Positions 25,101-44,541 of a stretch of 64,000 bases of DNA are shown here, piece by piece. A program made the position numbers and the translations under genes. The notes below the pieces were generated by a model. The model was given only the letters and a program-made list of their open reading frames with translations, was not told the DNA's origin and did not search any database. The DNA comes from Lingula anatina (Eukaryota > Animalia > Brachiopoda), in NCBI GenBank assembly GCA_051362555.1, contig CM120641.1, forward strand, positions 17,422,001-17,486,000. Reading direction: 5' to 3'. Each line of letters opens with the position of its first letter. The first letter of the stretch is position 1.

Positions 25101-27792
25101 TTTTGAATTTTGGTAGGTGATTTCAAGGGGTTTGTGGAATCACATGGTTTATAAATGAATGCTCTTTTCTTAGAGTTCTCACTGTTGTTGTTTATGTATT
25201 CTTCTAGATAAAAGTTATGCATTATGTTTAAAAAAAATTGAACATTGTCGTAACATATGTATGTACCATTATAAATTTTGAAATTGGTTATGTTTTCAAC
25301 AGGTTTTCATTTTCTATTCAAATGTATTGTGCCTGTTCAACACTTGGGTATAACTTGCTTCAGCAGTAATTTAATATAGTAGGTTATGAGAAGCTGCAAT
25401 CAATTTAAATTCCTATTTCTTTTTAACTATGGGGTAAGGTAAAAAGTTCAAGACAGAGAAAATGCAAAAAATGTTGCAAAGGAACTCCCTGGATATTTAC
25501 AAAAATAATGAAGCATACATTGTTTTAAGATTGAAATCTTTAAGAGCTTCTGCTGTCTTTAAAAGTTTAATCAGCCAATTATATTAAATTGAAGGAACTG
25601 GGATGGTCTAAGATTTTTCCGTTTCCTGTTGCATCTCATGTTAAAGTTGTGTTCATTGACTTCTGGAGGATTTCCTCATATTTCTAACCACTAAGAACAA
25701 AGTTGGACATTAGAGGAGACCTTTGGGTAGGATACAGACTCATGTTACTTGAATTTAAATTGCAAAATTGATATTAATATGAAACTGTGTACAGTACATT
25801 TGTGCGTTTGTGTCCACACACACGTGTACTTGCTTGCATGTGTACTTGTGAATTCACTTATATGAAAATGTCTAGATGTTATTTTACTTTATTCTTTTCA
25901 GGTGGTTGGCCACCATTGTAGTACTTAGTTTTGAACTCTTGATATGTCTTCTCCTGCTGATAGCTGTCATGACTGAGTCCAAGGCTTTGTTGATGGTGTA
26001 AGTAACAATTTCCTAGATTAATTGCTTGCTGTAAAACTCATGATTGCTTAAAATAATTAGCACACAGTTACGAAGACAGGGCAAGTGACAACAGAGTTAT
26101 GTTGTGGTTTTGAAATTGACTTCAGGCACAGTTAGAAATATTAACTGCATTGTATTTTTTTCTGCAATTTTTTCTGGTGACTGTACATATGAAAACAAAC
26201 CTTCATATGGATGGGACTGACAAATCATCTTTAGCAAACAGCCCACAGTTTTTTTTACGCATACACATGAAATATGCGGCTGTCAAAATGTAGTATTGTG
26301 TGACTGTCATGTACAAATGTGATTAATGCAATCAATGTGAGATAACAGACTTGTGAGCATGTGCCACATTATATCAGAACTTGCTTCTTAGTAACGTACT
26401 GTCACATCTTATCTCCACTCTTGCTTGAAAGAAGCATGCAATTATGCCTTTTATAATTAGTCATTAGTTCTGTGCTTGAATCTGCAGTAGACACGCCTCC
26501 CACCTTGGTAAAATTACCTGTTAATGAGTTATCCATTATTAGATGTAATTGGGCTTTTGTTTGATAAAGGGGCTATGGAAGGCATTTTATTCGGATAACA
26601 CTGCCAGAACTCATGGTTATGTAGAAGGGTTACCCGTTATCTTGGAAAAGGATCATAGTGATACATTAAGATAACTGTTATCTACATTATCCCTCTCATG
26701 TTCACTAAGAGTGAAAATATGTTGCCTGTGTGATGTTTATATTGTGTGATATATTTTGAGACTGGGATTTCAGTCTGTTTTAAAGCACAAAAAGTTTATA
26801 TTATGAAATATTAAATAAAATATGCTGTCTACTGTATGTTACATGAAATTTAAACAGAAATTGTAAATAGGAATGTGATGCTGGATTTGCAGCAGTATTT
26901 TAAAGTGGACGGAACTGGAAAAGCACGACTATGAAAATGTCTGTATTGATTGGTTTTGGTTGCTGCAGAGTCATGCATTGTAAGAAGTCACCTATGGGAA
27001 TTCATATATTTAACCTACAAGTTGTAACAGGATTTGCAAACTGCAACATATTGCTTTAAGTTCATGAACATAAGGGATGAAGGGTAGATTGCTGTAGGCC
27101 TAATCCTAGCAGAATCAGATAATAGAGAAATAGAGCAAGAATCTTATTAAATGCTCAAGCTCTTACAACTTAGGCATATACTTGATATGCATGTTATCTC
27201 GTTGTGATCAGATGTTAGATATTTTTGATTATTAATATCCAGTTGTGAATTTTTTTTCAAAATGTTTGTCAAGAAAGCTCTGTGGGTTTTTAGTTAATAT
27301 ATATCACAGTTACCAGTAAAAGTTACTCTTTTTGATTTTTATTGAAATTTTATTTTTATTTATTACTTCCCTGTCCAGTGTATACTCATAAAAAGAGGGT
27401 CAAGTAGAGACAAGCTGGTGGTTTATGATATTTATTATGAAAAGCTTAATAAGGTGTTTTGATATAAAAAAATTAGATAAACAAGTTAAATGAAAAATAA
27501 GTTAACACACTTAGGCTTCGTTCACATGCAATGTCTATTTTCTATTTTCTATTTTCTATTTTCGGTATGTCTTATGATCACGGTCTGTGCACTGAATATC
27601 CCGCGGCGTAATTACTGGCAGCGCGAGCCAGTTACTATAAGTTACTATAAGTAACTGGCTCGCGCTGCCAGTAATTACGCGGCGGGATATTCAGTGCACA
27701 GACCGTGATCATAAGACATACCGAAAATAGAAAATAGAAAATAGAAAATAGACATTGCATGTGAACGAAGCCTTACAGTGTGAAATATGCCT

Positions 27793-27826
<34 letters not shown>

Positions 27827-30800
27827 CTGTAGTTGGACACTCCCAAAGCACAAAAAATATTTTATTAAGAAAGGTAAATGCTACCCAGGGGTAGCACTAA
27901 CATTTGCCAATTTAGCCGAATGCTAAAACTGACTTAAATTGGCTAAAGAAAAGTGCCCGACTGGACCTGCTTTAGTCAAATTATAACCACTTTGATAACA
28001 AATTGACAAAAAAAAATTTGTGATTTGGTTAAGCAAAAAAAAATCGCTTGCACTACCCCAGCTGCCAGCTAAGCACCCTACCTTACTTGTTTGTTGTAAT
28101 GTTTAAAGACATAATTACTGTTAACAGTGATATTGTATTGTTATGAGAAAGAGCGATGCAATTTATCAAATGCTAAAATATTGAAAGGAGTTTAATCAAG
28201 CTCTGCCTAGGACAAAGATTCGTCAAGTTGTATATTGGTGAAAAGGGTAGGAAATTCTGAAGTCTTCAAAGTGAACAACACAAAAGTTACATACTTTGTG
28301 TTGTATATTTTTATATCAGGAGCCTAAACACTATTTTATTTAGCTGTAATATAACATTGTATTTTAAACTTTTAAACATCTTCAAGAATAAAAGGTCCTC
28401 GTTTTATTCCTTTCCAGCTGTACAGCATTTGTTGTGTTTAACCTGATCATATCATGGCTCACTGCCGGAGTCTATCTTGGAGTGTCTGTGGTAAGTTATG
28501 TTGCACAGAGAATCCTATTCAGATAGTTCAATATTGCTTTGCATGCTAGACAAGCCAGTTAAAACCAGTTGCACCATAGGACATGTTTCAATTAAAACTA
28601 AGTAGCACCATTGAAAAAAACTTGATATTTACACAAACAGAAATGTAATGGATCTCTTTCTTTTGTCTTATTTCAAGGTTGATTTTAAAAAAATTGGTAA
28701 TGACAGACATTGTGGCTTAAAGAGCATTCACAACTAGTTGATCTGCAGTCTAACTAGTCCACAGATCAAATATGGCTGACCCACTTGCAAGCCTGCATAT
28801 GTAATCCCCATGGGGAATTTTTCACTGTCTGTTAGAGAATTTCATGGCAAGCTTTCAAGTTGGTTGGCCATATTTGATTCGTGGACTTGTTAGTCTGAAG
28901 ATTAGTGGTTGTGAATGCCCTTGAAAAGCTGAAAACTTTTTTGTTTGTATTCACCAGGGAGCAGGTGACCTCTGTGTAGATCCAGATCAGTTTGTTTCTG
29001 AAGAAGCTAAAAAATCTGGCTTTGTAGACCAAGGTAAAGCTCAACCATGTATAGAATGTGTTTTATGGATGGTCCATACGTAGACAAACAAAAAATTTAT
29101 TTTTCATGCAGAAATGGTGAGATGAATTCGGATTGTCTAAGAAAATGGAAGAGATAACTAATGGACATGCTTTTAGTAATGTTATATTTGGTAGAAAAAC
29201 TCATTTCTGATGGCAGGGAAAAAGAAAGAAAAATGTTTAGTATTTAGTACATTTTTAATACAAACATCAAATGCATTAGCTGTTACTGAATGAAGATTCC
29301 CACAGTGACTTCCACTTGTAGTTTAGGCTTAGTATCTTGGTTGAACCTTTTGTATCTATTTGTTATAATGGACTGATGATTTGTTTGTTTTTATTTCAGC
29401 TGTAGTCCATTACTACATTACCAATTGTACATCACTGTCAGATAATCCTTTCAGAGACGTAAGTACACAGATCAACTCTTACCAGGAAAAAGTGGATACA
29501 TTTAGTCATTGAAACTGTTCAATATTAGACGTGGGTTTTATGCTGCACGTATTGGCAAGAATCTTTTGAAAAAACCCAAAGGATGTTATAATACCTGTTA
29601 TTTTGCATTCATGTGCTGTCACAGGATGTTGATCTAGCTTGCTGAAATCTGTGGCAGTGAAAGGAATACAACATTTGCTCTTTGTTATTATATTTAGTGT
29701 ATTTATTTGATGGGAATCAATTACAACTAGATTTCTAGTTAGTATAAGTTTAGGTATAATACAATTTTCAATACAAAATAATGAATAAATATCAAGGGTG
29801 GAGGGTATAACACTGCTCTTTATATACCGAGATCCTCACAGCCAATATTGATAGGAGGCATGTGTAGATTATAACATGATAAGGGGTTTGGGGGCATTTT
29901 GATCGATCCTTTTTAAAGTTGCGGGAGGGCCCTGTGGGAAATTATCCACACATTGCTAATAGATCTGCCTGGAGCACTGGTAAATAGCCAGACTATAGCT
30001 GATATCAGGGGCATTTCAGTCATTGAGCAATGTGATGTATGCATGATACCAAATATGTATTACCATTTGGAGATAGATTTTTGATAATACTGATCGTTTT
30101 TGGCGACAACTTTTATCCTTAAAGGAAATTTAAGCAATTTTTCTTTTAGAATTTCCTGAATTTTATTTTTTATGTGAGAATTAAACAGGACTGTTGGTTG
30201 GAGTATACAATCATGTAATGTGCAACAATAGAAAATTTCCTATTCGTTTACTTGAATACAGTACTAAATAGTCGAGTGTCAAGTATATAGAAAAAATAGT
30301 AGGAATTTGTTTTTGTTCAATTTTTCCAGTATGTATTGGATATATTCATATAACATTGCATGATAATTAACATTTTAACTGTTTAAAAACTGTGATATTG
30401 CATGTACTATTTCAGGAAATATTTGATTACCACATCTCACTAGTGCAGCTAGTATGTATTGCAAAAAAGAATTTGAAAAAAACTTGTCAGGGCAGAAGTC
30501 ATATATTTTTAATATGGGAGAGGATATGTAAAGACTATGGAAGATACTTTTACAAAAAAGACTCATACCATACAAATTTGCTTACAGAACCATATCAGTG
30601 TTGTTCTCTAGATACATTTTCCACTGGGACCTTTTTCGTGATGGCTTCATCAGCCAATGACTTTCCGTTCTGGGGACTTGTTTGAGAAGTCTCCTTTTCA
30701 GACACCAAAGTAAATTTTTAATTAGTAGACAATTCTGTAATCTCAACCATGACCTGATAATGACTTTTTGTAATTGAGCTCTCATTTGTTGTCTGCAATT

Positions 30801-33800
30801 GACAGGATTTTTTCAATCCGTTTGGTGTGCATTGACTCTGCCTTCTTTTTTTTCTCATACCTGAAGTATCATTTTATTTTATTTTTCCTTTTGTAATTTC
30901 ACCATATTTATCAGGATCTACAGAGTGCTTCAGCTAGTGTGAGCAAAATCAATTCTTCGCTGACAGACATTGTTTGGTTGGCTTCACCTTTCTTTGAACA
31001 GTATCAAGTAAGTTGACAGCACTAAAGCACAGATCACTTGTTTTTTTTTTTCTTTTTTTTTAAAGAAGTAATGGGGTGAGAATTGCCTTTCAGTCCTGTG
31101 ATGTGTTCACTCGTGTTTTTATTCTGCAAAATATGTGACATGATTACTCATAATTTCTGCGAAAAATGTTTTTATAGAAAGTTGTTGTATTTTGACAGTC
31201 TTGTTTTTCAAATGCATTTATGAAAAAAATGTCAGTGTTATGTCTTCAACATTGAGGATCATGTTTCTTTGCCTTTAGATAACACACATTTATCTCAACA
31301 TGAGAAACATCAAGAATGTATACATTTCTTGGTTATATGTTATATGCTTATAAATACACATATGGAACCTGCCTTCATTGCAGATTGACCAGTATTCCAA
31401 TCCAATAAGACAGGACCTGAAGAAGCTGGTTGGTGATCTGGAAAACCTCCAGTCAATGGTGGACTGCACTCCAATACACAACGACTATGTGTCTGCACTG
31501 AAAGGGGTGTGTTATAAAGGCCTGTAAGTAAACGGATTAAAGAAGAGATTTATCCATTAGAAGAGAACCGTTTCTCATATTTTGATCTTTTCCTTCCAAA
31601 AGTGAAGGCAATGAAACGTTAGGCAGGGATAGTTTGCATGCACTTATTAATTTCCAACTAATCTCAGAGGATGATGATGATGATGATGATTTTTTTTTGT
31701 TTTGAAATTCTTTAAGTCTTATCATTCATTTGAATTACCTGTTGAGATAGTTTAATAAAAAAAAAAAAGATATGGATGCTTCATATTGCAAAAAATATTA
31801 AAAATAAGAGTAATTTAAAGTATAAGTATAAACCAAACAAGAGAAAGTTTCCCATTTAATTTTTCCTTATTTCAGTGATGGTCTAGCATTCATGCTGTTA
31901 TCAGCTGCAGTGACAGGATTCCTGCTAGCATTTGTAATTGTGTTCAACTCAAGAGCCTGGAGGCATTGGGGAAAGAGGTGATTCATTTAGTTTTAATTTA
32001 ATTTGTATACTAATACATTTTTACCATGTGTTAAGTTGTTTAAATGGATGTCTTAAAAGATGACAGTAAATATAGATTTCAAATGTCCTCTTTAACTTAA
32101 ACAGTTGTTCTCTGTAAAACTACAACTGTGAATAATGCTAGTGAGCAAAGTGATTTTTATACTACATTTAATACTGGAGGATGTCCCTATTTCAATATGT
32201 GTGTAGGGTATTTAAAATGACTTGAAATAATTCAAATACACATTAATTAGTACTTGCTCAAGAAACTGTAATATTTATTTTTGATCGGCATGTTCAACAA
32301 TTTGATGTGTTCCAGATACCCTATGTATGCTTGTTTGAATGAGAGCATTTATAAATGAGCCTTTCTTCGCATATTTGATTGAATGTAGGGTTGATTTTGG
32401 ACCTGCCACTCATGATTATGGCTAGCTAGACTAAGTTTTATTTAAATGGGAACCAGCAAGGCAACATAGTTATCAAATGGACCATTTTGCTTTGGAGACA
32501 AGAAAATGTGAGGTATTGAGTGAATATTTCAGGTTAAAAAGGAAAGGGCGTTATTCCTCCATTGATGAAGATGATCCATTCCTTCCTAACATCGATCAAG
32601 ACTCCGACCAAACTCCAGTGAAATATTATAGGTACTTTGTGCTGTAGACATAGCTATGTATATGTACACATACGTGTATTTGTATGTATGGCAGCATGAT
32701 AGGCATTGTAGCAGTTGCATGATAGGTGTCACTAGTTTCACATAATATGTGCTTGTGCATGTTTTTGAGTTTTGTTTCAAGGTTTTTGGCAAAATACAGA
32801 ATACGGAACAAAGAGAATGAACTGGTTTTATTCAAAGTTGTCTCGGAATTCCCTATGAAAGGGAATTTTTTTAGAGAAATCAGAGATTTGAAAATGGGAT
32901 TATATCTGAAAGACTTCCCTCAGTCTTCTGTACATAGCATGTGAAAAAGTGACCCTTTCACTGAAAGAAATTTGTAAACCACTTAATATTAATTTTTTAC
33001 TTTTTAAGTAGGCCAACCAACTAACCACACTAGCATGCAGATGAGCCCAGGATTGATCAATTGGGGAACCATCTTAGATTTTCACTAATTGTAACCATTG
33101 TCCTTTTGTCTGGCTCATTACAAAACTGTTCATATTGTTTATAAATCAAACAGTGATTCAACAATTAATCTGTTTCTTGAAAAGATCTTGATTCATGTTA
33201 ATTTAAGACATTTTCTTTGTGAGTTTCAACTGGAACTTTGGTTTGGAAATTTATAATTTCATTAAATGATTATCAGCTTAATATAAACAAATATAAAAGC
33301 AAAACTTAATTCTGCAGAAGGACAATTAGTTGACATTGGTCTTTTTCTAAGATGGTTCAGCAGAAAGAGCTTTGGAGGAAAAGGGACAAATTGCTTACAG
33401 CATTGTGTATATTTTACTCAGATCCAGGGGCCCTTATACAAATATAGAGGAAGATGATCCATTCTTACCTCGACTTGGGCCTGAACAAAGTCGCCCGACT
33501 AGCCCACTTCTAACCGAACAGACTCCTAGGTATGGCACTTTTGGGAATAGGTCCCTTAGCCATGAGGGTCTCCTCTCTTCTCTGTCTGTTAGTACTGCTG
33601 TGTGAGTAGCCTTCTCTGCTTTGTTGTCTTTTCGCTACTGTATGGTCAGTTCACGGAGGACTGGTTTTGTCTGGAAAATTGGATCCAGGTGGGGGCACCA
33701 AATTGTATGGAATACAACTTGGATAAGTGCATTTTATATTTCATTTATGGTTGATTTAGAGTTTGACACTGGGTGGGTGATTCTCATTAATCAAGATAAT

Positions 33801-34928
33801 TAATGGCAATATCGGGGTCTAATTCCCAGGTCTCAAATGTCTTTGTCTGAATTGACCATATACATCTATTGTGCATGAAAGTTTGTCTTTATAGCATGCA
33901 ATAGGAATGTTTAATATCAAGTCTCTTTTGCATTGAACATGTATTTACATAGTATTAAATGGCTTTTCAATTTTGTTTATTTTATTGTTATTATTATTAT
34001 TTATAGTTTATTCTTGCTTATTGTAATTGTTTGCTCTTCAGAATATTGAAAGTATTGCCTTAATAGCTTGCTTGATGTCCCTGCAATGCTCAATACCATA
34101 AGTTCCATTTTTAAAGGAATCGTTTTAGTGACAAACAACTTAACAAGTATTTCTATATTTGAACACATGAAACAGTCACCACTCTGTTTCAAATGATAAC
34201 AATTACTATAAATACCAACCATGTCTTGGTTATTAACAGCACAATATGTAACATAATTAATATAACATCAAATTGAACCAATTACTTCATTTTTGTATCT
34301 GCTGTATGTAGGTCTGTTACATCAAACTTAGAATACAACTAGTAGATACACATTTTTCAATACAAAATAAAATTTCTTATTATATGCTGTTTTTAGTATA
34401 ATAAAATACATGTACTTAGATAAATAAATGGTATATTTTGTATATATCAGATTACATTTGTCTGAGTATTAGCAATTTTGACATTGACTTCTGTGTTTCA
34501 GTGGGCAGCTGAGGAGAGAAAGACTGGTACTACAGAACAGAGACCAGGGCTCACCTCCCCCTGCAGTATGTGCACTCTTCTTTTTGGCTGAGAATTTTGA
34601 TATCTATTACAAAGTAGCTTTTGTCATAAATAGGTGTAAAATTGGTATTTAAGAGTAAATTATCTGTCATATGATGATAATAACCTTCAAGTAAGTTTAT
34701 TTTCGAACTTCTTTTTGATGCTCTTAAAAGAAATAGAAAAAATGTTTGGATAGTTGTTACGCTATGACCACAGTTGAATTCAAAATGCAGTAAGTTTGGT
34801 GTTGGCGTGATCATAAAATCTCATTAATAAATACTAACAAAGGATTTTTACTTTTGTAGTATGAATATTATGCTGACCATGGCCGAAGCAGATACGCCAC
34901 TGGGACAGCATCCCCTACTGATGTGTAG
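17947..34928 (+). CDS. TTYH: Protein tweety homolog (TTYH family), ~522-525 aa with one tail cassette exon
   Basis: Exons: 17947-18114, 20504-20679, 22958-23069, 24824-25065, 25902-25997, 28418-28490, 28958-29033, 29400-29458, 30915-31007, 31384-31523, 31876-31977, 32533-32631 (12a) and/or 33422-33529 (12b), 34502-34565, 34860-34928. All are GT-AG and in frame. Motifs: YIPSWLAALFHSFPH, Cys-rich CCCRC after TM1, GLFGNE, YRWLA, DLCVDP, NPF, DYVSALKGVCYKGLDGL, EDDPFLP, C-terminal PPPAY. Confidence 0.92.
19279..19615 (-). mobile_element. 337-bp Kolobok-type MITE family C, copy 1 (orientation opposite to copies 2 and 3)
   Basis: TTAA flanks, AG...CT termini, TIR AG(G/T)GATAATAACTCTTCGT. Highly similar to 36926 and 48679. 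Confidence 0.85.
19994..20272. mobile_element. Palindromic MITE-like repeat family B
   Basis: GACTGGGTTCCCATGCCTAGATCGATCC ... CTCTGGGAATGGTCTC. Homologous to 15133-15348, with an internal inverted repeat AGGGTAATTAACT/AGTTAATTACCC. Confidence 0.65.
21360..21521. mobile_element. MITE family A, copy 2 (degenerate ends)
   Basis: Shares CCAATTTAGCCAAATGCTAAAACTGACTT ... GTGATTTGGCTAAGCGAAAAAAA..TTGCTACCCCAG with 10670. Confidence 0.8.
27514..27772. mobile_element. 259-bp near-perfect palindromic PIF/Harbinger (Tourist-like) MITE
   Basis: TTA TSD on both sides, termini GGCTTCGTTCACATGC ... GCATGTGAACGAAGCC. Arms of ~120 bp are almost perfectly complementary around a short spacer. Confidence 0.9.
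27793..27826 (+). repeat. poly(G) tract, ~34 nt
   Basis: Direct observation. It lies between two MITEs. Confidence 0.9.
27886..28061. mobile_element. MITE family A, copy 3
   Basis: CAGGGGTAGCACTA ... TGCACTACCCCAG with flanks CTACC/CTGCC (4 of 5 match). Confidence 0.8.
32533..32631 (+). CDS. TTYH: tweety cassette exon 12a (99 nt, phase 2-2)
   Basis: tttcag|G TTA AAA ... TAT AG|gtactt, encoding LKRKGRYSSIDEDDPFLPNIDQDSDQTPVKYY. Confidence 0.75.
33422..33529 (+). CDS. TTYH: tweety cassette exon 12b (108 nt, phase 2-2; a second in-phase donor at 33601 is possible)
   Basis: tactcag|A TCC AGG ... CCT AG|gtatgg, encoding SRGPYTNIEEDDPFLPRLGPEQSRPTSPLLTEQTP. Confidence 0.75.
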
Positions 34929-36925
34929 TTTTGAGCAATTCACATGTGATGCCGCAACCTCATTCTTCTATCAGTGGACCAAGTGGACATTGGTCAGATT
35001 GGAGCGAAGTTCTTTCATATGACAGCTTTCAACAATCATGCTGAGAGAAATTTGTCATGACCCCAGATTGAGCAGCCTCTTCTTTAACAATTTTCCGATA
35101 AGCCAACAACATTATGTGGCTTACTTTATAATGGTCCTCTTCTCACAATGGGCTAAAGCACACTAATCTGACTCACTTATATATCAAGAGATATATATAT
35201 AGGACACAAAAAGCCACAAGCAAAATATTGATAATTTGATTGAAACATCAAATATGCTCTGGTGCTTTGACTTCTAATGGACATCTTATAGGTTGTCTCA
35301 TAGTTTTTATCAGACAAAGTATTTATTCTAAGGGGACTGTTGAGATGATACCCACACCGCTCAGGTAACAAAGCTCAGTATCTGAGACATTAGATGTAGA
35401 CTTAGTGGCAATATAGTTATTAAATTATATATACCACCACTCCCTTATTAGCCAAGGGTTGTGCAGTTCTAGGATCCAACAAGGCTGGATCCAAGTGCAG
35501 TTTTAACTTAAAGTTAATACTTCTCAAGTATTCAAAGACTATGATTTACACGTTTTAACTGAATGTTAGTAGTTATATGTCTAATGATTAACTTTTAAGC
35601 AGCCAAAGGTATTATTAGCAATTGAACTGTACAGTTTTTGTTTCCAAATGGATGTATTTTTCCCCATTACTTATATTAAACTACTTCACATATGGAGCTT
35701 CTTTTTAGGTGAAGTGATTAATTTTTTTCTTTCACAAACAAATATGAAATGTCAACATTATCTGTAAAATATTGATTTTGACAAGGTAAAGGCACCCATT
35801 TATAATTTCATAATATTGCAAAATGTAAGACATATTATTGAATACTGTTATTTTATGTGTGTCTCGATATTCTGGAGGGTCTTTTGTCCAGCGATTCTTT
35901 TTCCAACTTGTAATGCCCTATCAGATGTTCATTAGCACAAAGCTTCAATGACAAATGCCTTAAGAAAATAAAGGGATGCAGAAACCTATTATAAGTTATG
36001 AAAACAGGATGTCTTGTTAACCCACTGGACTTCGGCCTGTCAGGACACACCCTGTTTTGCTGCTTTGCCAAGTAAAGATTTGACTGATAGGGGGATTTGA
36101 GATAGCGTGAACCTCAGGGGCTAGAAAAATGTAAGCAGCATTTAAAGGCAGAGAAGCAAATGTACTTAAATAGTCATGATGAGCTTTAATTTTTGTTGTA
36201 ATTGGAGCTTTGGTGTCCCATTATGTTGTCAGAAAATTAAGTATTTAAAAATCTGTTGTTGTCTGTTCATTGATTCACATTTTTAAATGAAAACACAATT
36301 TTGCTGTGCCATGTTACACATAGATGGTACCATTATAAAAAGTTTCTTTAGCCTCTGCTGTGAAGAATTGCTTTTTTTTTTTTAATCATTGTAAAAGTTC
36401 CTTTTTTTCTGAGATATTTCATTTTAAGTTCTTTGTTTTATGGTTTTAACATAAAACTCTTTACTTAATCTTGCCTTTATACATATATATCACAACCATT
36501 ATTTGGTTATAAGTACAGTTGCTTTTATAATAGTCTTTTTTGTACCTTTTTTCCTGTAAACAGTATGCTTACTGAAATTATAATAACAATACTTAAAAAA
36601 CAAAATAGTTTTCCTTTGAAATTTTGAAATAAAGTTTCATGTATTTGTCAGAAAAAAAAGGGATGAAAATCCTTGGTGAAATAGATTAGAAGGAAACAGC
36701 CACATTGACTGAAGACCACAATGGAAATTCTCTTTTCCTAATGTATTGAATTACATCATTTTATCCTTGGCGAGTTTTTTTCTTCTTTTGCATTTTTCTG
36801 CAAAGTTATATTATTCACTTTTCAAACTGAGCAAAAGGAAAAAGAGGTACAAAAAAATAAAAAAAATTGACCCACGTGTGTGAACATTTAACTGTATAAG
36901 TGTTGAGAATATTCTTGGCATTTAA

Positions 36926-37262
36926 AGGGATAATAACTCTTCGTATGAGACCTTTATTTCACAATAAAAACCTTGTGAATAACTCATAGAAATATAATAT
37001 ATTCTGTTTTACCAAGAAAACAGCAGTTATAGCTTTTATTCTGATATTTGAACTTGTCTTTAGACCACGTGACCTCCATTGATGTCTATACTCTGTTAAA
37101 ATCTCTTAAGAGATTTTAACAAAAAACCAAACTTTTTAGAAAAAAACCAGGGACTGACTTTGAATGTAAAAATGGATTCATTAACCATTGGTAAGTATGG
37201 GAAAATTGTTGTTTACTCCAGGAAAATTCATTTTTTGGCCGAAACGAAGAGTTATTATTGCT
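36926..37262 (+). mobile_element. Kolobok-type MITE family C, copy 2
   Basis: TTAA|AGGGATAATAACTCTTCGT ... ACGAAGAGTTATTATTGCT|TTAA, 337 bp. Confidence 0.88.
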
Positions 37263-38337
37263 TTAACTTATTTGTGGACGTGCTATTATATTTTTTCTAC
37301 TTAAATTTAGTTTAGTTTAGGGCATGTCATTGTAATGGGTATCAGTGAGAATCATATCAGTTTAGTCTTATTTGGAATGGAATATGCAGGAACTTTGTTC
37401 AATTATATCTTGAAGAATACCATTTTACCAGTGAGTGCACATCTTATCAGCATGAAGAACATTAGTATTATACATACAAAGAAACCTGAAGAAGAATTCT
37501 TCTGTAATGTACTTTACAGGTCTATTCGAATAGTGGAGCAGAAATAATGAAGTTTTTAACGTAATCAAGATGTTATAATATATTAGACTAATCTGGTGAT
37601 CAGTGTGAAAATTGTGACTGGTTTTTAAGGTTCCAACATGGTGGCTAGATTCTTTATGCTGTATTAACTGAGAAATGCATGGTAATATTGTAGTTCAGTT
37701 TTATGTCATGGGAAATGACACTACATTCATGCCAATCTTTTTTTATCATGTTACACTTTCGTCTCAACTTTGTTTTGCCATTTCTTTATATTTTGCTTGG
37801 CTGTGATAAATAAATCATACCTTCTCATTTTAAGAATTTTTCACTCCCTTTCATGTCACAAGGATTAAAAATGTAGTGCCAAAAACTTCTTTATCTGAGA
37901 CAAAGTACGATTCTAATTCCAATATATTTTATTTAATACAATGATTATAAAACAATATACATAATGCCAGAGTGAACATTCTGAATGGTAAAGATGACTG
38001 ACAATGGACTAAAAGTGCACTTTAAAAGGGCGCAGTATTTAACATGCATAAACGAAGGAATGATACTGCCTCTACAAATAACATTTTGTCCGAAATTTGT
38101 CCCATGTAACAACGAGTCAGAAGTTGGTGACAGATCTGCACAAGGTCTGATATTAACTTTCTAACCCTAAAACCTTCATGTGATCCATTCTGGATTCCCC
38201 AACTTCAAAAATATCCTTTGTGTAGAAAACTACGTTTACAACAGCTTCGCATGATGAAGATTTGAGTTCATTTTCCTAGGCTGGAATTCCTATGTAAATA
38301 TAAGCAGAACAGTGCACTGTAAATTGTAGATCAAGAG

Positions 38338-44541
<6,204 letters not shown>

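Noticed and set aside
33760-33840. tRNA/SINE-like B-box (GGTCTAATTCCC)
   Set aside because: Too degenerate, with no cloverleaf or clear A-box, so no tRNA or SINE call is supported.
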